From the sequence record SRR22947727_1461: a stretch of DNA of 27,512 nt, one strand, 5' to 3'. The notes beneath the pieces are model-generated. The model was given only the letters and a program-made list of their open reading frames with translations. It was not told the origin of the DNA and searched no databases. Positions 18,710-27,404 of this stretch are shown here, one piece after another. The stretch's first letter is position 1. The number at the start of each line of letters is the position of its first letter. A program made the position numbers and the translations under genes.

Positions 18710-19815
18710 TGACTATAGTAAATGTAGATCTTGGCCTTCGAAGTTATGAAATCATCATAAAAGAGGACCTCCTTTCTGAGGCGGGTAATTTTATTTCACA
18801 AAGGATTTCAGGAAAAAAAATTGCAATAGTAACAGATGAAAATGTTTATAGGCTTCATGGCAAACAACTCGAGTCTGCTCTTATAGGGTTCGAAGTTCAT
18901 ATTATAGTCTGCCCCGCTGGAGAGGCACAAAAGAGCTTTGAAGGTCTTCAAAAAATTTTAAATTCATTATTCGACAAAGGTTTCGAAAGAAATGATACTT
19001 TGATAGCATTTGGAGGTGGGGTTATTGGCGACCTAACTGGATTTGCGGCTAGTATTTTTAAGCGTGGATGTAAATTCATTCAGATCCCTACTACTTTACT
19101 TTCGCAGGTTGACAGTTCTGTCGGGGGGAAAACTGCCATAAACAATAAATATGGTAAAAACTTAGTAGGTTCATTTTATCAGCCTAAGCTTGTTTTGTCT
19201 GATACAAATGTTCTAAAAACATTGCCTAAAAGAGAACTAAAGGCAGGGTACTCTGAAGTAGTCAAATATGCACTTCTTGGAAATTATGATTTTTTTAACT
19301 GGCTTGAAAAAAATGGAAAAAAAGTCTTATCTTGTGATCCAAACACACTAGAAAAAGCTATAGAGCTATCTTGTAAAACTAAAGCTAGAATTGTAGCAGA
19401 AGATGAAAGAGAAACTGGCAAACGTGCGCTGCTTAACTTAGGACACACTTTTGCTCATGCTCTAGAAGTTGAGGCAATGAAATCAGGAGACTTGTTACAC
19501 GGGGAAGCGGTTAGCGCGGGGATGGAAATGGCTTTTGAGTTTAGTTTAAAAGAAAATTTATGTAGTGCTAAAGATGTCAAAAGAGTAAAAGCACATTTTC
19601 AAGCACTTGGCTTGACATCAATAAAAGATATTATCCCACTGCTTAAAAATTCAAATAAATTTTTAAGCTTCATGCAGCAGGATAAAAAGAATGAGGGTGG
19701 AAACATAACTCTTATAATGGTAAACTCAATAGGCGACGCCTTTATCCAAAAGTCGACGTCAAAAGTTAGTTTGCTAGAATACCTTAGCCAACTTGCAGGA
19801 CAGAAAAATGCTTGA
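18709..19815 (+). CDS. aroB: 3-dehydroquinate synthase
   Basis: GGGVIGDLTGF, PTTLLSQVDSSVGGKT, LLNLGHTFAHA, LLHGEAV, DKKN; TAATG overlap with aroK. Confidence 0.98.
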   Translation: MTIVNVDLGLRSYEIIIKEDLLSEAGNFISQRISGKKIAIVTDENVYRLHGKQLESALIGFEVHIIVCPAGEAQKSFEGLQKILNSLFDKGFERNDTLIAFGGGVIGDLTGFAASIFKRGCKFIQIPTTLLSQVDSSVGGKTAINNKYGKNLVGSFYQPKLVLSDTNVLKTLPKRELKAGYSEVVKYALLGNYDFFNWLEKNGKKVLSCDPNTLEKAIELSCKTKARIVAEDERETGKRALLNLGHTFAHALEVEAMKSGDLLHGEAVSAGMEMAFEFSLKENLCSAKDVKRVKAHFQALGLTSIKDIIPLLKNSNKFLSFMQQDKKNEGGNITLIMVNSIGDAFIQKSTSKVSLLEYLSQLAGQKNA

Positions 19816-21091
19816 ATCAATCTTGCGTACCGATAACTTGATAATGATTTTTGTGGTAGCAATACTCCTTTACTTATCTAGTTTTTTTTCTGGATCCGAA
19901 ACTGCACTAACAGCTGCTTCAAAAGCTCGCATACATAACCTGGAAAAAAATGGAGATAAGAGAGCAATAATTGTTGCTAAACTTTTACTCTCTAGAGAGC
20001 GGTTACTTGGTGGTATATTACTTGGAAATAATCTTGTTAATATTTTAGCTTCAGTTTTAACGACAGCAATTTTTACTAATATTTTGGGAGGTGGCGGATT
20101 AGCTCTAATGAGTGCAACAGTTGTTATGACACTCTTAATATTAATCTTTGCAGAAGTTCTTCCTAAGTCATATGCGATATCTCAGCCGGACACATTAGCA
20201 TTGAAAGTAGCTACGCGAATCAACTTTATTGTTAAAATATTTTCTCCATTAGTTTTACTCATACAAATTATTGTAAATAGTACGTTGAGATTGTTTGGAG
20301 TGAATTCAAATTCAGCATCTTGGTCAGCGGAAGAAGCTATAAAGGGAACTGTTGACCTTCACCTTGAAGAAGGGGGGGTAGCAAAGCGTGCAAGAGATCA
20401 GATATATGGGGTTTTAGAAATTGGAGAACTAAACGTTGAAGAGGTGATGATTCATCGCAAAAATGTTTGCATGATTGATATTAATATTCCCTCAGAAACA
20501 ATAATTAAAGAAGTTCTGAACTCAGGGCACTCACGAGTCCCACTTTATGAAAATGACCAAGACAATATTATAGGAATTTTACATGTTAAAGATATTCTTA
20601 AGTCAATATCCAGCGAGGCAGGAGAGCTTTCAGAAATAGACACAAGAAAAATAATGCGAAGCACTTGGTTTGTACCTGAGACAACATCACTTGTGAAACA
20701 ACTGAAAGCATTTCAGCAAAAAAGGGAGCATTTTGCAGTCGTAGTTGACGAATATGGAGCTTTAATGGGAATAGTAACACTCGAAGATATCCTCGAGGAA
20801 ATTGTTGGAGATATCCAAGATGAATATGATGAAGAAATCACAGGGATAAATAAATTAAAAGAAGGAGGTGCTATCCTACGCGGAAATTTGACTGTTAGAG
20901 ATGTTAATAGGGCTATGGGATGGGAGCTCCCAGATGAAGAAGCGGTTACAATAGCAGGTCTTGTTATTTATGAGTCGCAAACTATTCCAGAGGTTAATCA
21001 AACATTTTCATATCATGGCTACAGATTTGAAGTTATAAAAAAACAACGCAATCAAATAATCTCATTAAAAGTTACTAAAGTACATGATTAG
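19808..21091 (+). CDS. HlyC/CorC (CNNM) family membrane protein with CBS pair and CorC domain
   Basis: FFSGSETAL, ILLGNNLVN, AEVLPK, GHSRVPLY, VVDEYG, TLEDILEEIVGDI; start at ATG 19808 with AGGA SD. Confidence 0.95.
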   Translation: MLESILRTDNLIMIFVVAILLYLSSFFSGSETALTAASKARIHNLEKNGDKRAIIVAKLLLSRERLLGGILLGNNLVNILASVLTTAIFTNILGGGGLALMSATVVMTLLILIFAEVLPKSYAISQPDTLALKVATRINFIVKIFSPLVLLIQIIVNSTLRLFGVNSNSASWSAEEAIKGTVDLHLEEGGVAKRARDQIYGVLEIGELNVEEVMIHRKNVCMIDINIPSETIIKEVLNSGHSRVPLYENDQDNIIGILHVKDILKSISSEAGELSEIDTRKIMRSTWFVPETTSLVKQLKAFQQKREHFAVVVDEYGALMGIVTLEDILEEIVGDIQDEYDEEITGINKLKEGGAILRGNLTVRDVNRAMGWELPDEEAVTIAGLVIYESQTIPEVNQTFSYHGYRFEVIKKQRNQIISLKVTKVHD

Positions 21092-22775
21092 TATTAAATT
21101 TTCTCGCCTAGAAATACTTCCTTTTATTTTTGTACTGTTAATTAACTCTTGCTCAAATAATGCAGCCCCTTCCTCTCAGCAAATACATTTTTTTAATGCT
21201 AACATTATAACAATGGATCCTGATAAGCCTCTCGCAAATTCTTTTATTGTTACCGGTGATAAAATAACACTAGTTGATGAAGAAGCTGAAAGTTCAAGCC
21301 TAAAAAATATCATAAAAGTGGACTTGGGAGGCAAGACAGTTTTACCTGGAATTATAGATAGTCATGTTCACATTCGCGAGCTTGGAATGGACACTTTAAA
21401 GGCTAATTTAGTTGGAGTTTCTAGTGTAAAGGAAATAGTAGAGCGCCTAAAAGATAAATTCCCCAACCCAGCTCGAGGTGAATGGCTGATAGGGCAAGGA
21501 TGGGACGAGGGTGCATTTGCATCCACAGGATACCCAGATAGACATTTAATAGATATATCGTTTCCAAATAATCCTGTAGCTTTAGAAAGTTTGCATGGGT
21601 TTGCTGGGTTATATAATAATTACGCACTAAAATTAGCAAATATTAATAGCGCTACTAAAGACCCTGACATTGGTAATATAATACGCCGTAAGAATGGTGA
21701 GCCAACAGGAGTTATGCTAACATTAGCTCAAGACCTAATTCAACCTTTTATACCAGAGCCAAGCAATGAAAAAATTAAAAATGCAATAATCGCTGGCCTA
21801 AACAATATGGCTCTTGCGGGTGTAACATCTATACATGAAGCAGGCATGACTTCCAAAGACGTTGAAGCATTTATTGCGTTAAAAAAATCTAACTCTCTTC
21901 CTATAAGGGTATACGGAATGCTTGATGGAAATAATGATGAATTAATTAAACACTGGTTTGCGCAAGGACCGCTTGATGATAAAAATGATTTTTTAGACAT
22001 AAGAAGTATTAAAATCTTCTATGATGGGTCTCTAGGGTCAAGAACAGCGCTTATGTCAGAACCTTATTCCGATCAATTGGGAAAGTCATTAGCAACAGAA
22101 CGAATAAGTACAGAAAAAATTCTAAGCCTAGGACGGAAGGCATCAGAATTAGGCTTCCAAATGGCTACTCATGCAATTGGCGATAAAGGCAATAATCAAA
22201 TATTGTCATTATATGAAGAAATATTAAACTTAGATGGTACTTTTGATCATCGCTGGCGTATCGAGCACGCACAAGTTCTGTTTCCAGACTTTTATAATCG
22301 ATTAGCAGAACTCAAAATTTTAGCCTCTATACAATCCTCCCATGCCGTGGGAGACAGTAAATGGGCAGAAGATCGAATAGGGCCAGAGAGAATTCGAGAT
22401 GCCTATTCATGGCAGAAAATTCTCAAAAGTGGAGGGAGGTTATTATTAAATTCTGACCTACCTGGCGAACCCTGGGAGCCAATGAATACATTATATTTTG
22501 CTGTTAATAGAAAACCACTTAATAGTAGTAAGGACGAAAAAGGGTGGTATATGGATCAAGCTTTATCAGTTCAAGAAGCTCTTAAAGCAATGACTATCGA
22601 AAATGCCTATGGAGCATTCCAAGAAAAAAACTTAGGTAGTATTGAGGCTGATAAGTTAGCAGACTTCATTATTATCGATAAAAACCCTTTAACTATTGCT
22701 CCAGAAGACATAAAAAATATAAGCGTACTTGAAACATGGGTTTCTGGAATTAGAGTCACCCCAGACTATCAATAA
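21084..22775 (+). CDS. Amidohydrolase-3 (YtcJ-like) metallohydrolase, probable lipoprotein
   Basis: PGIIDSHVH, KIFYDGSLGSRTA, HAIGD, RIEHAQ, NSD, GSIEADKLADF; lipobox-like INSC. Confidence 0.92.
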   Translation: MISIKFSRLEILPFIFVLLINSCSNNAAPSSQQIHFFNANIITMDPDKPLANSFIVTGDKITLVDEEAESSSLKNIIKVDLGGKTVLPGIIDSHVHIRELGMDTLKANLVGVSSVKEIVERLKDKFPNPARGEWLIGQGWDEGAFASTGYPDRHLIDISFPNNPVALESLHGFAGLYNNYALKLANINSATKDPDIGNIIRRKNGEPTGVMLTLAQDLIQPFIPEPSNEKIKNAIIAGLNNMALAGVTSIHEAGMTSKDVEAFIALKKSNSLPIRVYGMLDGNNDELIKHWFAQGPLDDKNDFLDIRSIKIFYDGSLGSRTALMSEPYSDQLGKSLATERISTEKILSLGRKASELGFQMATHAIGDKGNNQILSLYEEILNLDGTFDHRWRIEHAQVLFPDFYNRLAELKILASIQSSHAVGDSKWAEDRIGPERIRDAYSWQKILKSGGRLLLNSDLPGEPWEPMNTLYFAVNRKPLNSSKDEKGWYMDQALSVQEALKAMTIENAYGAFQEKNLGSIEADKLADFIIIDKNPLTIAPEDIKNISVLETWVSGIRVTPDYQ

Positions 22776-22776
22776 C

Positions 22777-23691
22777 CTAACGATTAGCCTGCTTATTTTT
22801 CATGAATTCAACTTTCAAGTCTTTAGAGCTTTTCCGAGAGCCATCATGTGAATAACCAGGGGCAGCAAAAATGTATGCAAGCCTTTGATGGAATTTAATA
22901 TTAGGCTGAAAGCAATCTTTAAATATATTATACATTTCTTTGAATGCTACCACAGCAGGGTTATAGGATGCGATCGGTGTAATTATTCCATAATTCACTG
23001 GGTCAGTCTCATCTTCTTCTGCAAATGTATTAAAAATTCTGTCCCATATTATCAAAATACCAGCAAAATTACTATCCAAGTACCTAGGGTTTTTTGCATG
23101 ATGCACCCGGTGGTGACTAGGAGTATTAAAAATAAACTCAAACCATGGAGACATTTTCTTGACAGACTGGGTATGAACCCAAAACTGGTAAACCAAGTTT
23201 ACACCTCCAATAAATATAACCAGCACAGGGTGGAAACCAAGTAGAATCAATGGCGATGAGAGAAAAACATACCCAGTAAAATGATTATTCCATGGCTGCC
23301 TAAGAGCTGTACTCAAATTATATTCCTCTGAACTATGGTGAACATTATGTGCGGACCAAAACCATCTAACTTTATGGGCCGCCATATGCTTATACCAATA
23401 AACAAAATCCTGAAGTACTAAGCAGATTAGTATCGCCTTAATACTGAATCCCCAGTCAAAAAATCTAAATTGCCAAACCCACATGAGAATACCAATGCTT
23501 ATACCTCCCATCAAAACATCGGAAATCAATTGCCCCACGCCCATACTGGATGATGTAATTGCATCTTTTACAACATATGTACCCGAAATCCTTTTTCTGG
23601 ATACAAGGTACCACTCTATTGCAATCAATAGTGTAAATATTGGAGCAGCCCAAAAAAGTACTGCTGGAAAATTTGGTATTTCGTACTCCAT
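22777..23691 (-). CDS. Sterol desaturase / fatty acid hydroxylase family protein (alkylglycerol monooxygenase-like)
   Basis: His boxes HMAAH, HNVHH, FWVH, HHRVHH; YNLSTALRQ, NFAGILIIWDRIF. Confidence 0.92.
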   Translation of the reverse strand: MEYEIPNFPAVLFWAAPIFTLLIAIEWYLVSRKRISGTYVVKDAITSSSMGVGQLISDVLMGGISIGILMWVWQFRFFDWGFSIKAILICLVLQDFVYWYKHMAAHKVRWFWSAHNVHHSSEEYNLSTALRQPWNNHFTGYVFLSSPLILLGFHPVLVIFIGGVNLVYQFWVHTQSVKKMSPWFEFIFNTPSHHRVHHAKNPRYLDSNFAGILIIWDRIFNTFAEEDETDPVNYGIITPIASYNPAVVAFKEMYNIFKDCFQPNIKFHQRLAYIFAAPGYSHDGSRKSSKDLKVEFMKNKQANR

Positions 23692-23808
23692 GCGTACTAA
23701 TTGTTAAATAATGTCTTAAATGTCAATGATACCTATTGTCTTACCACTAGCATGTTTCTCCTTCTCCTGTCATAACTCCAGAAATTAATTACTTCATGAG
23801 GACAATCC

Positions 23809-25113
23809 ATGAAAATTGTTATGATCGGTACAGGATATGTTGGATTAGTATCTGGGGTTTGTTTCGCGGATTTTGGACATGAAGTGATTTGTGTCGATAA
23901 AGATGTTACCAAGATAGAAATGCTAAAGTCTGGTGAAGTTCCAATATTTGAACCTTATCTAGAGAATCTTATATGTAAAAATGTTCGTGCCTCACGTCTA
24001 AAATTTACAACAGACCTAAAAACATCAATGAAAGGTTCTGATGTTGTATTTATAGCTGTTGGGACTCCATCACGACGAGGGGATGGACACGCTGATTTAT
24101 CTTATGTTTATGAAGCAGCTAAAGATATCTCCAAAAATATAGAAAAATATACTGTTATTGTAACTAAATCTACAGTTCCCGTTGGCACTGGGGATGAAAT
24201 TGAAAAAATAATATCTAAAAATCATTCCATTGAAAAGTTTTCAGTTGTATCAAATCCAGAGTTCCTAAGAGAAGGGGCGGCAATCAAAGACTTCAAACAC
24301 CCTGATAGAGTAATTGTTGGTACAGAAAGCCCTAATGCTATTCAGGTCATGAAAGCCGTTTATAGGCCTCTATTTATCAACGAAACTCCTATATTGTTTA
24401 CAAGTCGCAGAACCTCTGAATTAATAAAATATGCATCCAACTCTTTTTTAGCAACTAAAATTAGTTTTATTAATGAAATGGCAGACTTGTGTGAGAACTT
24501 AGAAGCCGATGTTCAAACGGTGGCAAGAGGTATAGGTCTTGATAAAAGAATTGCACCTAAATTTTTGCATGCTGGCCCGGGTTATGGGGGCTCTTGTTTT
24601 CCTAAGGACACTTTAGCGCTAATACGCACTGCTGAAGAGGTGGGAGTATCTCTATCAATTATAAAAACTGTGGTTAAGTCCAATGAAGACAGAAAGTTAA
24701 AAATGGTTCAAAAAATCATCAATTTTTTGGATGGAGATTTAAAAAATAAAACTTTAGCTTTTCTAGGGTTATCATTTAAACCAAATACAGATGATATGCG
24801 TTCATCTGCAAGTGTGGCTATCATACCTGAATTGCAAGCAAAGGGAGCTACAATAAAAGCGTATGACCCTGCAGCCATGAAGGAAGCCAAAGGGATTTTG
24901 AGAAATATAAGTTTCGCAGAAAACCCGTACGATTGTATTGAGGGTGCTGACGCGCTTGTTATATTAACAGAATGGGATGAGTTTAGAGCACTAGACATGC
25001 AGCGTATAAAAAAATTACTTAAAAAGCCAAATGTGATAGACTTGAGAAACATTTACAAATCGAAAAATATGAAAAATCTCGGATTTAATTATGTAAGCGT
25101 TGGACGTCCATAA
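23809..25113 (+). CDS. ugd: UDP-glucose 6-dehydrogenase
   Basis: IGTGYVGL, KSTVPVGT, SNPEFLREG, GPGYGGSCFPKD, FKPNTDDMR; GAGGA SD. Confidence 0.97.
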   Translation: MKIVMIGTGYVGLVSGVCFADFGHEVICVDKDVTKIEMLKSGEVPIFEPYLENLICKNVRASRLKFTTDLKTSMKGSDVVFIAVGTPSRRGDGHADLSYVYEAAKDISKNIEKYTVIVTKSTVPVGTGDEIEKIISKNHSIEKFSVVSNPEFLREGAAIKDFKHPDRVIVGTESPNAIQVMKAVYRPLFINETPILFTSRRTSELIKYASNSFLATKISFINEMADLCENLEADVQTVARGIGLDKRIAPKFLHAGPGYGGSCFPKDTLALIRTAEEVGVSLSIIKTVVKSNEDRKLKMVQKIINFLDGDLKNKTLAFLGLSFKPNTDDMRSSASVAIIPELQAKGATIKAYDPAAMKEAKGILRNISFAENPYDCIEGADALVILTEWDEFRALDMQRIKKLLKKPNVIDLRNIYKSKNMKNLGFNYVSVGRP

Positions 25114-25165
25114 CAACTTTGCTTATTAATGTGATTATTATCTAATGAAAAATTAAGGCTATATT

Positions 25166-26980
25166 ATGTGCGGCATTGTTGGAATTATTGGAAATTCGTC
25201 TGTAACAGATCGTTTAATAGATGGTTTACTTCAACTTGAGTATAGGGGTTATGATAGCTCTGGAATAGCTGTACTTGATGATGGAAAACTTAAACGTGAG
25301 CGCTCAAAAGGTAAAATTAGTGGGCTTATAAGTAGAGTTTCAAAAAATCCTATCGACGGAGAGTCAGGAATAGCTCATACACGCTGGGCAACACACGGCG
25401 TTCCCAATGAAACAAATTCTCATCCTCACTTTTCAGGACGCGTCAGCGTTGTTCATAATGGGATAATAGAAAACTACTTGGAAATCAGGAAAGAGTTATC
25501 TCATCGTAATTTTTTAACTGAAACAGATACTGAAGTATCCGCTCACTTAATAGATGAATTTTTACAAAAAAACATGGAACCAAAAGAAGCATTCTCAAAA
25601 AGTTTACAAAAACTAAATGGAGCCTATGCATTTGCTGTTTTAATAGATGGATTACCAGGTCACATGTTTTGTGCAAGAGCAGGCTCACCATTGGCAATAG
25701 GTATCGGCGAAGGTGAAATGTACCTAGGCTCAGATGCAATGGCTTTAGCAAAGTTGACCAATAAAGTGATCTACCTTGAAGAAGGTGATTGGGCAATTCT
25801 CACTCCAACTTCCTACGAAATTTTTGATTATGAAAATAATAAAGTTACTCGCGATGTAACAATAGTTTCGGGCGGCCCAGCTATGGCAGAAAAAGGTAAT
25901 TATCGTCATTTTATGCTTAAAGAAATCTATGAGCAGCCTGAAACCATAGGCAGGACTTTAGGTATATATATAAATGACTACAATCTTTGTCCAAAGATAA
26001 CAGAGAATCTTGATTTTTCAAAAATAGACCGTGTCATTCTTATTGCATGCGGGACTGCAAACTATGCTGCTCTAGTGGCAAAATATTGGTTTGAACAAAT
26101 AGCAGGTATAGCCGTTGAAGTCGATATTGCCTCTGAATTTCGGTATAGACGACCTTTTTTATTAAATACATCTCTTTTCATTGCTGTCTCTCAATCGGGC
26201 GAAACAGCTGATACTCTAGCAGCTCTCAGATATTGTAAGAGCGCCGGTTTAAAAACTGCAGCTTTAGTAAATGTCTTAACCTCAACAATGGCTAGGGAGG
26301 CAGATGTTGCTCTACCTATTAATGTTGGACCTGAAATTGGCGTTGCATCAACCAAAGCATTTACATCTCAGCTTATCGCATTGGCGGCGCTGGCTTTAAC
26401 AGCAGGAGTTTCGAATGGCTCAGTATCAAAATCTTATCAAAAGAAGTTGATCAAAGATTTAATAAAAACACCCCGCTTAGTCAAACAAACGTTAAGGCTT
26501 AGCAATCAAATAGAGAAAATGGCATTCGATTTTTCAAAGGCTAAAAATGTATTTTACCTTGGCCGCGGAACACAAATGCCGATTGCACTAGAAGGTGCAT
26601 TAAAATTAAAAGAAATCTCCTATATTCACGCTGAAGGTTACGCAGCGGGAGAACTAAAACATGGACCAATTGCTTTAATTGAAGATGGAACACCTGTTGT
26701 GGTAATAGCACCGTTCAACGAACTATTTGAAAAAACAATTTCTAATTTACAGGAAGTTGCATCGCGTGGTGCCTCTATAATTCTTATTACAGATGAAGAA
26801 GGAGAAAAACATGCAGGTTCAATGAGTTCAAGTGTTATAGTCGTGCCCACATCTAATGATTTTGTTTCACCAATAGTAACTGCAATTTCAATTCAATTGT
26901 TAGCATACCATGCCGCCGTACACCTTGGTACAGATGTTGATCAGCCGAGAAACTTGGCTAAGTCAGTGACCGTAGAATAA
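25166..26980 (+). CDS. glmS: Glutamine--fructose-6-phosphate aminotransferase
   Basis: MCGIVG, LEYRGYDS, HTRWATHG, SQSGETADT, ELKHGP, C-terminal DQPRNLAKSVTVE. Confidence 0.99.
   Translation: MCGIVGIIGNSSVTDRLIDGLLQLEYRGYDSSGIAVLDDGKLKRERSKGKISGLISRVSKNPIDGESGIAHTRWATHGVPNETNSHPHFSGRVSVVHNGIIENYLEIRKELSHRNFLTETDTEVSAHLIDEFLQKNMEPKEAFSKSLQKLNGAYAFAVLIDGLPGHMFCARAGSPLAIGIGEGEMYLGSDAMALAKLTNKVIYLEEGDWAILTPTSYEIFDYENNKVTRDVTIVSGGPAMAEKGNYRHFMLKEIYEQPETIGRTLGIYINDYNLCPKITENLDFSKIDRVILIACGTANYAALVAKYWFEQIAGIAVEVDIASEFRYRRPFLLNTSLFIAVSQSGETADTLAALRYCKSAGLKTAALVNVLTSTMAREADVALPINVGPEIGVASTKAFTSQLIALAALALTAGVSNGSVSKSYQKKLIKDLIKTPRLVKQTLRLSNQIEKMAFDFSKAKNVFYLGRGTQMPIALEGALKLKEISYIHAEGYAAGELKHGPIALIEDGTPVVVIAPFNELFEKTISNLQEVASRGASIILITDEEGEKHAGSMSSSVIVVPTSNDFVSPIVTAISIQLLAYHAAVHLGTDVDQPRNLAKSVTVE
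26945..26980 (+). other. Conserved glmS 3' end (attTn7-type TnsD target and general integration hotspot)
   Basis: Encodes PRNLAKSVTVE*, the segment that TnsD recognises in Tn7. Confidence 0.7.
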
Positions 26981-26982
26981 GT

Positions 26983-27321
26983 TTGCAGGGGGTAGTTGGA
27001 AAAACTGCAGTTCCCCATCTTTGTTTCACAATCACAAGTAAATCAGGGGATTTGACTTACAATCAACCCTACTCAAAGCGACAGCAAACACTTCATCGTC
27101 TTATATCCTTTATGAATAAAGAGGAGAAGATAGGATATAGAACCATCGCAAGAAGGTTCAACTCGTGGGGTATCAAAACAACAAGAGGAAAGACTTGGTC
27201 ATCAGGTTCTGTGCATTCTGTTCTCAAGAGGAAGATACAAAGTGATGAACGCATTGAAGAACGAAAGAAAAAGCATCCAACCAAGTTAGAGAACTTTAGG
27301 ATTGAATACTTTTATGTTTGA
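26983..27321 (+). CDS. Stand-alone Recombinase-domain (serine recombinase DNA-binding, PF07508-like) protein lacking a catalytic domain
   Basis: GYRTIARRFNSWGIKTTRGKTWSSGSVHSVLK matches the IAxxLNxxGxxTxRGxxWxxxxVxxIL motif; TTG start 2 nt after the glmS stop; alternative ATG at 27112. Confidence 0.8.
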   Translation: MQGVVGKTAVPHLCFTITSKSGDLTYNQPYSKRQQTLHRLISFMNKEEKIGYRTIARRFNSWGIKTTRGKTWSSGSVHSVLKRKIQSDERIEERKKKHPTKLENFRIEYFYV

Positions 27322-27404
27322 TTACCTGATTACGACTTTTTTTATATTTTCTTTGTACTGGTTTTTTTATTTGTAATAAAAATTATCTACTTTACTCTGA
27401 TTTC

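Noticed and set aside
25114-25165. glmS ribozyme upstream of glmS
   Set aside because: The spacer is only 52 nt and AT-rich, too short for the ribozyme
26981-27040. Tn7 insertion at attTn7
   Set aside because: No TGT-initiated end about 25 bp after the stop, no recognisable repeated TnsB sites and no tns genes visible
2996-27284. Antisense or alternate-frame ORFs in the track (e.g. 2996-3397, 6741-7001, 8848-9186, 12922-13134, 22885-23244, 24708-25052, 27093-27284)
   Set aside because: They overlap well-supported genes and have no recognisable motifs; treated as shadow ORFs
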